Shown here one piece after another: positions 14,201 through 27,490 of a DNA stretch of 64,000 nucleotides. Location: contig JASANG010003765.1 of the NCBI GenBank assembly GCA_030248215.1, positions 186,001-250,000 on the forward strand. The letters run 5' to 3'. This stretch comes from Enoplolaimus lenunculus (Eukaryota). Numbering within the stretch: the stretch's first letter is position 1; every line of letters starts with the position of its first letter. Both the position numbers and the translations under genes were made by a program. Under the pieces are notes generated by a model. It ran no database searches and had not been told where the DNA came from. It saw only the letters and a list, made by a program, of their open reading frames with translations.

Positions 14201-15087
14201 AGACTTATATACGAAACCGTCACGCTATAGTGAAATAAGATCTTGAGCATTGATAACTAAACAATACACAATACTTGAACCAGTTGTAGGATGTGTGTCT
14301 TTCCACTTGCCAGATAATCCAGTGCCCGCGGATGCACCACCAAACCTCTCAGTTTCGGGTCCCGACACTTGGGAGGTCTCATCTTAAGCAAATTAATTTT
14401 TTTTCGCGGATGGGAAGAGCAAATGAACCATTTTATTCGGGCATCATCGGACCTGATTGAGGACACGACCATCTCAATGCGGGTCCTGCGGCTTATATAT
14501 CCGAACGCGACGACCGGATGCCTGACTTCAGTATCCGGTATAAACCTATCGGATACGGGGATATTTAGGGTTGTGGTTTCGAATATTACAAAACAACTTT
14601 TTAAACGAAGATATAATAAACATTTTGCAGCGATTGCATTTGTTGGCAAATCCAGACGCTTGAGTTTTTCACACTGAAGTGAAACATCCAAGCTAACAGC
14701 TAATTTTAACTCGATAAACAGCTACATTTGCTTGAATTAAGCAGTTGGAATAGCGTGCTATATAACGTTAGCATCAGGTTCCTGTAAAAATTTACTATGT
14801 GACTCCGGTATCCTTTAAATAAATATCCGTTCACAACGCAGCCACAGACGTGAGAACGAGTTTTAGGTCTTTTTGGTTATCCCCCAGCCGGCGTTTGCCA
14901 AAAAGTGGTTGGATTTTGAAAATTTTTGTATACTTGAGGTTCTCAAGACCTCGTCTGATCATTCCACGCCCAAATTAGAATTTTTGAAAAATTCGATTTT
15001 TTAACATACCAAAGTTCCCCCTTGGAACCCAAAAGAATTGTTCATTAAAAATTTAGACCAAATATGTACCGTTGTACACAACTTGCG

Positions 15088-15275
15088 TTGCGGAACTGAG
15101 CTGAATGGTGTCAACTTTTCCACAATCAGACGTCCGGCTAACGAGTTATGTTCAAAGAACTGATTTTGCGCAGTTGCAACGTTTTGGGACGGCGTCAAAT
15201 CAGTTTTTTGACCATAACTGGTTAATCGGACGTCTGATTGTGGAAAATTTGGCACCACTCAGCTCAGCTCCGCAA
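15088..15275. repeat. Imperfect inverted repeat (79-bp arms, 30-bp spacer), probably internal to a degraded DNA transposon
   Basis: 15088-15166 versus the reverse complement of 15197-15275, ~9 mismatches. Confidence 0.8.
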
Positions 15276-18200
15276 GTTGCGTAGAGATATATGATTTGTC
15301 TAACTAAAGCTAGCGCAGCAGCTAACTCAAAATCAGAGAGTACAATCAAAGTTTTGGTTTTGGACCGATCTGGAAATGAATCTGATCTTTGGTATGCACC
15401 ATGAGTGCTGAGTCAAGAGTCCCAGGCACCCTTTCGAGTGTATGTCTGAACACAGCGCACACGGATTCCCAAACTCGATTTGCCCATAGTTCAAGCCGCT
15501 CACATCGAAATTTTGCTTCCCGGTTGACTATTTTTTAATCTTAAATATTTATCCTTTTTGGACGTCAAACACATTTATTTGTATAATTTTTCAGTTATAC
15601 TGTACCAGATAAGAGTGTAGAGCGCTCATTCCATCGAAATCCAGCGAATATATATACAGCCAAATTTACAATTGACTTTAGACAGCAACGCTGATTTGTC
15701 AGTGTGGGGATTTTGGCACTAATCAACTCCGATTGCTCAGATTCGCAAGACGAACAAAGAAAACCATTCCAGTACTTCTGGGCTCACTTTCAGGAAAAGC
15801 TCACACATTTGGTTCGCCACCGCTAGTTCGATCAAATAAGACCACTTTAAATGAAGGCACGCAAAAATCTATATATATACGTACAAACAGCGCTATATCT
15901 AGGAGAATAACCAGAACCGCATTTCAGGGATGGTATATTATTCCAGTAGGTTGTTCTAATGCCTGAAAAGTGACTTTTTCAGCCTCTAAATTTCCCGGCT
16001 GGATATGTCCCGCTATCTCTTTTTGTGTAAACTTCACTGATTTTTTTATTTCTGTGAATCGCAAATGAATTGCTTCACAAGTTTATATATGCTGTTTGTT
16101 ATATGGACAACACTGTTATCATATTATGGATCAAAAACCTTAATATATTTTTTGCTGCTAACGTTTCGTTTGGGTTTGACATAATAAAACGAAATAATAA
16201 TGTTTGTCTATTTGTGCTATAATGCTTACATACGTGTGTCAAGAAACCAAAATATCAAACACCTGTTCTGTCAAACGTCCAGGTTAAGCATATAATTATC
16301 AACATTTATTAAATTTGTCAATGTATACAACAGGGTCGTAACGAGAGTATAAGCAAAACGTATTCCTAATCCTAAGCCTAAACCTAAATCTCAGCCAAAA
16401 TTGTTTAAAGTCTAAGCTCACTCTTTTGCAGTTTCGCAGAACAACGGTTCGCCCTTGATGATCATCACATGGGCCATTAAATTGAAGACAAATGCCGAGT
16501 CTTTAAGCTTTGAAATCTACTTGCAAACTGTTTTTCAAATAACCATGAATCATAGTAAAACACACTTTGTGAACTATCATTTGTCTTCTGTACTGTCAAA
16601 TACGATATATATGATACTTGTTATACCTATGAAAATGCCTGCACCAATATGTGTCTTAAAATTGATAAATTATAAGACCATACAAGGTTGAAACCGAAGG
16701 TGAATAAACTCGGAGCTGGGACTGGAGGTCGAGAGGTTTCGCTGGAGCCAGAATGGGGAGCCGGAGGTAAAACAAAATTTGATAATAAACACAATGTTGA
16801 ATTTGCTAATTTTCACAATATCTGCCAAGTAAAGCTGCACACTACCCGTGGTTACCCGCGGATAGCCGCGAAACGCCGGTATACGTAAAAAAAGTTTTGA
16901 CGCGGGACCACCGGCTGGTAAAAAATGTCAAAGCGCGGGTAAAAAATTGTGATTCTTCCGCCTAAAGTTCGAAAAACGGCAAACAACTGGGGGGTCCAGA
17001 TTCCGTTCCTCAGCCAAATCTTAATACCTTATCGTAAGTAAGGGTAATGTTTCGTAATTGGCGTTAAAGCCATTCATAATACTATTTCTGCTTTAAAGGT
17101 ATATTATGTTTAGGGCAGTGAAAAATAAACGAGCCTATAAAAGCATAGCTTTGTTCATAAAATTATGTATAACGGATAAACAGGGCCTTAAATTCGTATT
17201 ATTATGTGATAACTGTTGTAGCTTTGCTTAAGATGCTATACAAGTAATAGTTTATGAACAATATAGCGCTTGTGTACTAGTTCGGTTCCCTCCGTTACCG
17301 TTACTACAATGAAAAAAATTCAATCACTCTTTCATTTTAACTTGAAATTAAATGAATATAACAAAGCAAAATTGACAAACTTTACACCGAATGATAGTGA
17401 AGTTAAACAAGTAACTAAATCATGGATTTAAAATTACACTTAAAATCTGTGGAATATATGCATAACAATACAAAATTGGTTTAATAAATACACCTATGAT
17501 CGGGGTTCGTTCGCGGTCAGCAAATGAATTAATCCTTACTCAACTAGTGGAACCACAACAGACAAACTGAATATTACTGCGCCAACAATCAAATTCCAGT
17601 ATTATGTAACCTAAGCCATTCCCATTTGTGCAAACAATCTGTGTAATGAATTCTTTAATGCCGCATTTTTTGCAACTGATTAAAACTTAAATAAAGCTCA
17701 AAAAACAATCATTCATCAATTCTTCTCATGAAAAACGAGGCTCAACAACAAAAACAATATAACTGTGATGAATATTATTATTCTGCAGATGACATAGGTA
17801 CCATAATACTGATATATATGCCTAATAGATATACCTGCCGAAAACAGGATAGCTACGATCGTAACCTTTCGCGCTAATAAAAATACCTCATGCTTTGCAT
17901 TTCAAAACTGACAATCAGAGGCGTAAGTGTCCATTTTCCCGTCACCAAGATTTCGCGGGAATATATCCTACCTGCCCACCTAGTATACACCCTTGTTGAC
18001 AATGGTAATCGGCTTATCGGATCTAAACAAACATTTTTTTGCTTCATACGTTGACGTCAATAGATATTACTAAGCTTAACAGCAACCTCCGCTACTGATA
18101 TGCCCTCAAGCGAACTAAAAACCCCAACAAACCAATACGAATACCATATGACTGGATTGGTTCGCAAGTATAAACCTATTATTGTGCCTCAAAAACGCAC

Positions 18201-19877
18201 TCAATACTTAGATGTACAACGTGGCTTTGAAGCTAGATGCTGCAGTGCAGCAGCTGTCACAGTTAATTTTAAGAATTTACTGGTTTTATTTCTGACGGAC
18301 ACGTCATCAGTTTTTGATAACACAACAGTGAAATAAAAGGACATTTGAAAGCACTATTTGTAAACCCGACCACCGAAGCTAATGTTTTAGACAATGGCGG
18401 ATTTAGAGGAGATTGAGAGGGATGTATCATCCTACCACCGACCGTGCCGTTCTGAAAATTTTGCCGAAGAAGGATTTTGGGATCTTAAAAACTCGAATTT
18501 TTAATCAAATTTGATGTAAACTGATCTGGTGAAGTTATGAGAAACTCAAATAAGCAAAAAGTTTCGAAATTCGACCAGATTTGGACAAATGGCGGCTGTG
18601 GAAGAATAACGGAAAAGACCCGAAAAATTTGCTAAAACCTCGCTTTAAAAGTGCAAAAATCCAGAACACCATATGTCCATCCTGCGCTGCTGGAAAATCC
18701 TGTATCCGGCTTCAGACAGCCCGTAGGCGTGTATCCAACACCATTGTCGGCTATATGTTGGTAAAATGGTCATACCACCGACGTGGTACTTAAACAGCAC
18801 TGCTGAACGGCTATACAACTGAGTAATAATTCAATCTTACCTCAAAATATAAAGCACTTGAATACATAAATGTCTGATATATTTTAAACACTTCAATGGT
18901 TGTTTAGTACCCTCTATATATTAGCTAAGACTTGAATGCCAAAGCCCACACAGCAGCTGCTTTAAGGCAAATAAAAATATACGGGCCTATAGCCAAGGGG
19001 GGCCAGCCAGGTGGTTAAGTCCCCCTCCCCTTGGCAAAATTTTGACCCCCTAGAAATTTCTCAATTTTGATTGTAAGTCGTTGAACACCCTTGGATGCGT
19101 CTCCTTAAAAGTTTTTGCCCCACCCCCAGCAAGGTGAGCTGGCTACGAGCCTGCAAATATACAGTTGAAGTCAAAAAGATTTCATACAATGGCTCTGAAA
19201 ACTATAAATAATTATTAGTGACTAACTAGGTTGTAGAATGCATCGCTAAAACTGTATTGTTTGAAAATAATAATAATAATAATAATTTATTTGTTGCTGT
19301 TACTTCACCTAATTAGAGAATTTGCGGTTCACGCTTCGCGATTGTTAGGCGAATCGAATATATATTGGCCAACATTTCTAACACTTTATATATCCAGCTG
19401 AAAAGACATATTATCTGAATAGTCCTTCTCAGTTGTACTAAGGCATTTGGCCAGCTCAACATGCTAGTGTGCTAAAAAATTTCTCAGGACCGACAGGCGT
19501 AATGGATTCGGTGGATATAACCACGAAATCTTATTAATCTTGTCTCTAAGGCATTGTTCCATGGTACTAATCAGGGTGCGAACGGATACCAAAAAATGCC
19601 GAAGCCGAAAAATTTAATATCCAGGCGGAGCCGTATTCATATAATACTCCTTGCGTGGCCTAAGGTATCGAAAGTGTTTAAGTGCCAAAGTTTAACATAA
19701 CATGTCACGACGATAACACTTTAACAACGACCTTATTCCACTATTCTATGGTTTTGTAGCGTAGCATTCAGTTACAATATTTGTTTGGCCCATGTTACTT
19801 TAAGGGCATCCAGTTGTCTCTAGATACTATGAAAAGAAGTGGCTTACGATTAAGGCTGTTATTTTCGCCTGGGCTTA

Positions 19878-20312
19878 CTGTAGTGACTCAAATAAGAGGG
19901 CGTAATAAGAGGGTGTCCCCATTGTGAGTGTCATCATAGGAGTCCGTCTACCTAATCAGAGTCCGTAAGCGCATAGAGTCCCTAAACAATAATTAGAGTC
20001 CATAAATGTCAATTATCCCTAATTGTAGTGCATAAATGACTCCAAAACCAAATAAACATGAGTTCGAAACTAAAGTATACTTAAGCATTGAAAAACTACA
20101 TTCCTAAGTATAACCTAGCTTATCGCTCAAACTTTTGATGCATGAAAAACAAACGTTGATTGCAACGGATATTTGCAATACCGGATATGTCAGTAACGAA
20201 GGCTGGCGGAGGTCGGGTTAAAAAATAACATTCCGTAACCAAATAACAGCGGGTTCCCTCTGGAGAGGCCACATACGTATCAGTCTCCCCCCTCTTATTC
20301 GAATCACTACAG
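19878..20312. mobile_element. Tc1/mariner-like MITE (TA target duplication)
   Basis: TA|CTGTAGTGACTCAAATAAGAGGG ... CCCTCTTATTCGAATCACTACAG|TA. Confidence 0.8.
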
Positions 20313-21454
20313 TATACTTAGTTTAGCATTATTTTTAAGCTGAAGTTTACGCTTACGCTTAGGAATAGGAATACACTGAAATACTGTTACGCCACACAGG
20401 CGCATACAAACGTTTAGAACACATGTATGACAGAAAAAATATGTAAAAGTAAGACAATCAGTTCCATGGCAGTTCGCACAAATACAAATGACGGTTTCAA
20501 TTTTTTGAAGCTTTCAAAAAACAGCCGCCAAGTTTTAAAATGCTGGAATCGGAGCCGGGTATCGATTTTTTCCAGAGGCGGGTATCCGGTCGCACCCTGG
20601 TACTAATATGCGTAATATGCAGATAATTAATACCTTGGAAGTCACCAACAAACAAGCAATAGCTAACACACCGTTTTTGCATGTCGGCTGCACCCTAATT
20701 ATTAATGCTAAAGCCAACCAAATATATAGCGAAACCATCTGTACGGTGTCAAAACATTATTAACGTTAAACCTCAAAAATCCAGTAGCATAAATTAAATT
20801 AGAAACAAATCGAGGTTTGCGACTTCATCCCATTAATTAAATGCGGTCGGTAGCTGCTCCGAAAACTCTGTTTCAGTTACGCTTCTATGCCTCAAAATCA
20901 TTGAAAAACGAAAGGTAACAACATATTACCATCAAGGATTATTATTCTGTAACAACCAGCTAAACATCCCTGGGCCAATCCAATGTCACTTCGAGGTTGA
21001 GTGACGTAACAGTAGGATAAGCATATTCCTAAGCCTAAACCCAAGCCACAGGTACAAGAGTGCAATGTTTTATTTTGCTCCATTTCTGAACAAAGGGGAC
21101 GACTAAACTTGCCGACCTTCATCTCCGGCTAAGTTACTTTGCATTTCTGCTTGTAGTCTAATTAGCTAATGCAAAAGCGGTTTGACATGTACTGCCTATG
21201 AAGTGGCGTTCAATCACAGCGGACACAAAACTGGAAAAAAATCAAATTTTTCGACTACAAAATTACACTATTTACACTTGTGTTACACAATATGAAAACT
21301 CAAAGGGCACACGGCTAAATAACTCATGACGCCGTCAGGGTCGGTCACCAAGAAACAACGCTACGTGAAATCTAAGCCAACAAAGCCAAAATAATTTTAC
21401 AATACAGAAAAAACTGAAAATTTTTTATTTAACCACATTGATTGAACAAGATAA

Positions 21455-21716
21455 CCCCATCTCACATTGAGTTGCTATAGGCAACTCAGCGCAGTGTATA
21501 TACGTTAAATAATATATATCGCACCGTGTTGAACAATTGCAACACGTATACATAGTACTAAATCACCACAAGACGTGTGAGCCCCCTCGGGCTCGAGCGT
21601 CAAGCTCCTATAGCTGAGTGGCGATGGTATACGCCTCCCACTCCAGTCACTGGAGTTCGAATCCAAGCGTAAAAGTAGGTCTCAGGGAAAATAGAAAATA
21701 TTCGTGTGAGAAAGGG
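21455..21716 (+). mobile_element. piggyBac-like MITE carrying a tRNA-like A/B-box segment (copy 1)
   Basis: ATAA|CCCCATCTCAC ... GTGAGAAAGGG|TTAA. Internal TAGCTGAGTGG (21611) and GGAGTTCGAATCC (21652). A homologous copy lies at 53499-53781 (-). Confidence 0.75.
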
Positions 21717-22592
21717 TTAATATTCGGTACGTATACAGTAGGGTGACATACGGAACTGAATTGATCGAAATTTGATGTTTATGCCAAAATTACAACCTAA
21801 ACTAAAAATTTCCAGACCATCATACTATATTTTTAAACGGCGAGCCTTATGATGTGTATATTATTCGTATACGCCTTGGCAATCGAAAGATACCACAAAA
21901 CGTAAAAAAAAAACAAATCCTATTCCGATTATAACTGCAACCGAAATTAGAACCTTTTTGAATCGCAATCCTAACCTGTTTTGAATCGTGAACTGTAACC
22001 AGAATCAGATTTCAGGTTGCACCCTGGTACACAGCAAAAGCTAAATTTTATTGACCAACCGCGGCAAACTATACCAATCGGCAAACAGGTTTGTTCCATC
22101 CGAACTATATTATGTCATTAACACTCAACCATTATCAGCTCAACTGACCTCATTTCAGTTGAACAAAGGCACCAAATAATAATAAATAAATAAATACCAA
22201 ATGAGACAGATAAATACGTGCCAAAAATTCCACAGTTTTAGAGCAATCGAAACGCACTTAAACCCAAAAATCAGCAATTTAATCTCCGATTGAATGAGCT
22301 TTTATCTGATATGAATGAAAGCAATAGCATCGAGCAAAGCGAAACGCCTTCAGTTTATTTTGATACCCGAGCGATCATAGACGTGCACAGAAAGGAAACA
22401 AACTAAAACCACTGAACTTTACGACATTTTAGCACGCTGCATAAATTTCGGCTATTGTATATTTCCTATACTACTTTCGAAATTTTCTGATTATTTAAAA
22501 ATAGGCTTAGACTTAGGCTTAGATTACGCTTGAAATTTAGTTCACGCTTGTAAGCGAAGTGTACCATACCAATTTTAGCTCAACACCCAAAA

Positions 22593-23766
22593 CAGGTGTC
22601 GCATGAAAAAATGACGCCCAAAAATGACCCCTGGACACATTTTTATGAGGGGTCACATTTTTACAGTACTGCTGCATAAAAAAGAATGATCCCCATTAAA
22701 AAGAGAGCCCTGGTCATTTTTACACGGCCAATATAGATACAAAATATTGACCCCCATGAAAAAATGACCCCCGTTTCAATCCAGCCAAACGTTACAACAG
22801 GAATCACTTTGAGGTGTTTGCTAAAAAATGTGCTAACAATAAATTCCTAGGTAAATAATGTCATCGAGATATTGTCATCCAATACACTTGCAGATGCCTA
22901 ATGTGCACACAATAAAATCGAACAAAATAAACAGTTCTCATAGTTGTTTATGCTTGTTTAGGTTTTAAATCTTTAAGTTTGATTTTGGGACGCGGGCATT
23001 CCTTGGCACGCACTTGTTTTACCGTAAGATGCTGTTGAAAACTGTGACAGTTGTAGTCCCAAAGTTTGAACATTCTGCAACAGCTTTGATCTTTGCAATG
23101 AATTCATTGTGCGTAAGAGAATATTCGCCAGCGGAAAGTAATTGATTTTCACACAGGATTATTTTATCACAATATCGTGTAAAACCGATCAGGATCTCTT
23201 TAACGGGGGCATTTTTTCATGCAACTCTGTGTATAAATGGCCGGGTGTCTATTTTTTCATGCGACTCGGTGTTAAAATGACCGGAGGTTCTCTGTTCAAT
23301 GGGGGTCATTTTTTCACATGGCAGTAGTATAAAAATCAGACCCCCATGAAAATGTGCCTGGTGGTCGTTTTGAGTGGTCAGTCATTTTTGGTGGTGGTAG
23401 GGTCTTTTTTGGTGGTGGGGTCATTTTTGGTGGTGGGGTCACTTTTGGTGGTGGGGTCATTTTTCGTTGTGGGGTCATTTTTGATGGTGGAGTCATTTTT
23501 GGTGGTGGGGTCATTTTTGGTGGTGGGGTCATTTTTGGTGGTGGGGTCATTTTTCGTTGTGGGGTCATTTTTGATGGTGGAGTCATTTTTGGTGGTGGGG
23601 TCATTTTTGGTGGTAGGGTCATTTTTGGTGGTGGGGTCATTTTTGGTGGTGGGGTCATTTTTGGTGGTGGGGTCATTTTTCGTTGTGGGGTCATTTTTGG
23701 TGGTGGAGTCATTTTTGGTGGTGAGGTCATTTTTGGTGGTGGAGTCATTTTTTCATGCGACACCGG
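22593..23766. mobile_element. Foldback-like non-autonomous element with subterminal AAAATGACCCC repeats, expanded into an 18-bp minisatellite
   Basis: TIRs CAGGTGTCGCATGAAAAAATGAC / GTCATTTTTTCATGCGACACCGG. AAAATGACCC motifs occur on the left arm and their reverse complements on the right. No clear TSD. Confidence 0.8.
23378..23752. repeat. 18-bp minisatellite (GGGGTCATTTTTGGTGGT) ~20 copies
   Basis: Direct tandem period of 18. It is the source of the (KMTPPP)n, (GSFLVV)n and (GVIFGG)n ORFs in the track. Confidence 0.97.
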
Positions 23767-26700
23767 CACACTATCCACATCGCTAGATCTGTGCCTCCCA
23801 AACTATATCTTGAATAAAACTATAATATATAGACGGCGTTATATATTTTTGAACTGTACAAATCTGGTCGACAAATCACACAGGAGAAATGAACAAGCCG
23901 ACACTACTGCGCAATGGTAATCTGCCATGCTGGTTTGTTGTTAAAACGTCAAAACGTTCAGAATTTCTAATTAATTTAACCTTCTCGTTGGGATAATGTC
24001 AATATAACACAGATTAAAACAACTTGATTAATGTGTTTAACAAATTGAGTAAGTATTAACCTGACAGCTTAAACACAAAATTGTGCTTTGGTTATACGTT
24101 TAAGCTATTAAAGCAACTGCAGATATTAGTTTGAAAGAGTTTATTCATAAACATTCTACTTTAAGCAAATAGACACAGAACATTGTCTTATTTATTAAGA
24201 ACAATTCGTGAAAAATTTCCACATTAGCGTCGTTAGCACCAACTCATGACATAGGTATGTAATGAGTTCAAGCGTATATTGTAAAATTTTTCACATGTAT
24301 AATCCTTAAGTTCAGTGAAAGTTGGAAATTTAAAACTATTCTACAAATTTTCAAGAGAAATAATACACGCTGAAATAAAGGACATGGTATTAATGCTCAT
24401 TAAAATTAGTCCGAAAAGGAAGCCAACTTAGATTTAGGGAGCTAATAACCATATTCCTTCTTGTCACAGCCTCAGATACCTCCAACAAGTAAACTTCCGT
24501 TAACAGCTCGACCCCAATTACGCATATATTGCCATTATTTATTTACTCTCTTAATAAACAAAATATCCCCTTTACAAACGTTAAAACAAGTAAATCAGTT
24601 CTCGAATTTTAGTCAGTTTGTATGTCTTGCAAGTAAGAAATTTCTATCTTCCAAGTTCTTGAGGTTTTTTTCTTGAATAAAGAAAAAATTTTAAATTTAA
24701 AATAGTTACGAAACGAATGTATGGCGTTTTCCATCTATTAATGTCCTAAATTTAAAACTTTTCAATCTTGAAAATTTAAGAATGTAACAGTCTTGATATT
24801 TCAGTACAATATTTTGTGTTTATATTTCCGATTTCTTCAAGTTAGCTAGAGTACCTATAGTAAGATAAAGGCTCAATTTCTTTTAGCAAAGAATAAGCAG
24901 ATTATAGATACGCTCTCTACAGTATTCTGATTTTTCGATGCGGCTAGTCTGCATTAGCTTGAAAGACCAGCAGGCAGTCGGAACACCGTATAGCTGGAGC
25001 ACGAAACAAAATGCCTTAAGAAATCATGAGCTTACACCTTATAGCTGGAGCACGGAACAAAATGCCTTACGAAACCATGAGCTTCGCTAAAAACTTTAGA
25101 CACGTTACCTTTGAAAGCGTGGAACAGCCAAACCAGCTAAATCCTGAAGTTTACCATCTTGCCAACCAGCGCGCTTTTGCACAAGCTATTGTAGAGGTAC
25201 CTTAGTCAACCAACTCCGTGTATAGCTTCAAATAGACAAACGAAAGTTTCTGCATATATATCTATCAGTTCAATATATCATGGGTTGCGTACGCCGTTCA
25301 CAAATACCCGGTTTAAGCCATAAAAAACAACTGAACACACAATTAAAGCAAAACACAACCACAGCAATATACAGATTGTACATGGACCGTTAATACTCGT
25401 AGGCAGTGCTAACCTCGGGTCTCAACAAGCCGCCACACAGAGGTTATAACCTTGCAGAACTAACTGAATTCACGCAACCAAACAGCAGAGTCATAGATTT
25501 TCGAACACAAATCAAAGGGAGTATACAAGAGTAGGCAAACGGAATGTGTCCGTTCACGAAATTTTTCGAGACAAAAAATTGTTTTAAGACAATTTTTAGA
25601 ATACCCATTATGGGATCCTAACAAACGTTTCATGAGATTATTCCCCTCCGGCAATGGAATCATTGGCACGCCTTGCATAAACCACTGCAATATCCTACAT
25701 TGTAAGTACCTACCTACATGTTACAATCTGGAACACAGGACCTGGTTGTCAGGCAGTCGGATTGGCTCGAGGTTAATCGCTTCAAACAACTAACTAAAAA
25801 CCAGTCGAGTAACAGATAATCATTTATGCCCCAAAGATATATAACTAATAAACCGTATAGAAGCTAAAAACACAATACCATCTACTTAACGCTACAGGCA
25901 ACCTGTGCGTTTCCAACATAATATGCGAGTGTGGCATATTTATTTTTGTTCTACGCAGAAAAACCTTATGCCCATATATTCTATACATGTATTCAGACCG
26001 TATCACGTCATTCACGTGCTACTAACCAGGTACAAAAACAACCTAAACCATTGAATGAGAAAAGATTTAGTATTCATGGCTATGGAATGCCTAGTAGCGT
26101 AAGCGAACCGTGGAACAATAAAATAAACTTGCACAAGGGGAGCGGTGAAGGTAGGCCTTTTACGAAAACGTCTGGATACAAGTAAAAAGGTAGCTTTACA
26201 TGCTTTAAGTCGATGAATTCTAGAACTCAAAAAAGGTTACAAGCTCGTTATATAGGAATTTAGGGCTATGTCCGTTTTCAAGATCGCCAAAAAATGGACA
26301 GATAAGGTGATGAGGCAAGGTGTATAAACTATATCTGTTTAAGGTGTTGTTAATAGCCTTTCTTGCATGTTTGAGTTAAATCATATATTTGCGTCAAAAT
26401 AGAATGTAATGTTCAGTTTCGGAGCAGATAGGGGTGAAGGATCCCTCCAAACTCGCAAACGACAAGCCAGACGCATTTTAAAACTTCGGCGGTTTTTTTT
26501 AACCGGTTAGGGTTAGGGTGGGGGCCAGGGGTGGTGGCAGCCAAATGGGGGGTATGTGGGTTGCTGCTCTGGCCCTGGTAATTTTATACGGAATAGTGAA
26601 CATCTATCTGCCGTTTCCAGTTTTTCAAATTCGCTGGCCCTTGTACGCATCCTCAACATTTCTGTTTAGGCTTAGGGTTACGAAAAGGCCTACGTCCGTA

Positions 26701-27066
26701 AGCGTAAGCCTTTTTTATTTGTATTTGGTCGCTCATAATATACTCTATGAGTGAAAGGGTTAACCGCAAACATGGCAAAAGTAGTCAATTCGTGTACTCG
26801 TTGAGATGGAATCATGTTTATCCGGTTTTTATCAGTTGTGGTTAATAAATAAAAACAAATCTTCTCACAACCAATCCAGCACCAAATACAGTTGCGTTCG
26901 AAACTTTGAAGCATACTTACTTTTGAAAGTACATTCTTAAATATAACCTTGCATTATCGCTCAAGGTTTTGATACAAGAAATATAAACGTTTAATTCAAC
27001 GAATAGTTGTAATACCGAATATATATCAGTAACGAAGGGTGGATTAAAAGGAACCAACAGTCCGTA

Positions 27067-27143
27067 CTGTAGTGACCCGAATAAAAGGGGTGATAAGAGA
27101 TGGCAAATAAATATCAGCCCCCCTCTTATTCAGGTCACTACAG
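27067..27143. mobile_element. 77-bp minimal MITE of the CTGTAGTGAC family, nested in a larger copy (~27010-27222)
   Basis: TA|CTGTAGTGACCCGAATAA...TTATTCAGGTCACTACAG|TA. Its flanks rejoin to match the uninterrupted CCGTAACC site of the copy at ~20232. Confidence 0.8.
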
Positions 27144-27330
27144 TAACCGAATAACAGGGGTGCCCATTGGAGAGGACAAATAAATAATTATCAGCCCCCC
27201 CTCTTTATTCGGGTCACTACAGTACCCAACTTTTTATTAATAAATAGTGTGCTTTTATGTCGGACAGTGCAAATAGCAAAACCTCCGACTATATTCAGGG
27301 CCCATGTTACTCTGAGGGGCGTCCCGTTTA

Positions 27331-27490
27331 CCCACCGGGACAGCTTCAAACCTGTTTTTTCTGGGTTGGTCGGGACAGCCGGGACAGCTTCGAGCCCATC
27401 TTTTACCTGGGTTGGTCGGGACAGCCGGGACAGCTTCGAACCTATATTTTTCCTGCGTCGGTCGGGACAGCGGGGACAGCCTCGAGCCTA
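27331..27490. repeat. ~46-bp tandem repeat (GTCGGGACAGCCGGGACAGCTTCGA core), ~3.5 copies
   Basis: CTGGGTTGGTCGGGACAG at 27361 and 27407, with further degenerate copies. Confidence 0.85.

Noticed and set aside
14808..14816. Perfect U12 donor GTATCCTTT on the + strand
   Set aside because: No supporting gene model or nearby U12 branch point and acceptor was found. A 9-mer can occur by chance in 64 kb.
21604..21675. Second tRNA gene
   Set aside because: It has A/B boxes but no pairing acceptor stem or proper anticodon arm, and it is embedded in a dispersed repeat.
23314..23920. Long ORFs (KMTPPP)n, (GSFLVV)n, (GVIFGG)n resembling extensin or glycine-rich proteins
   Set aside because: They arise from a stop-free 18-bp minisatellite inside a TIR element and are open in several frames on both strands.
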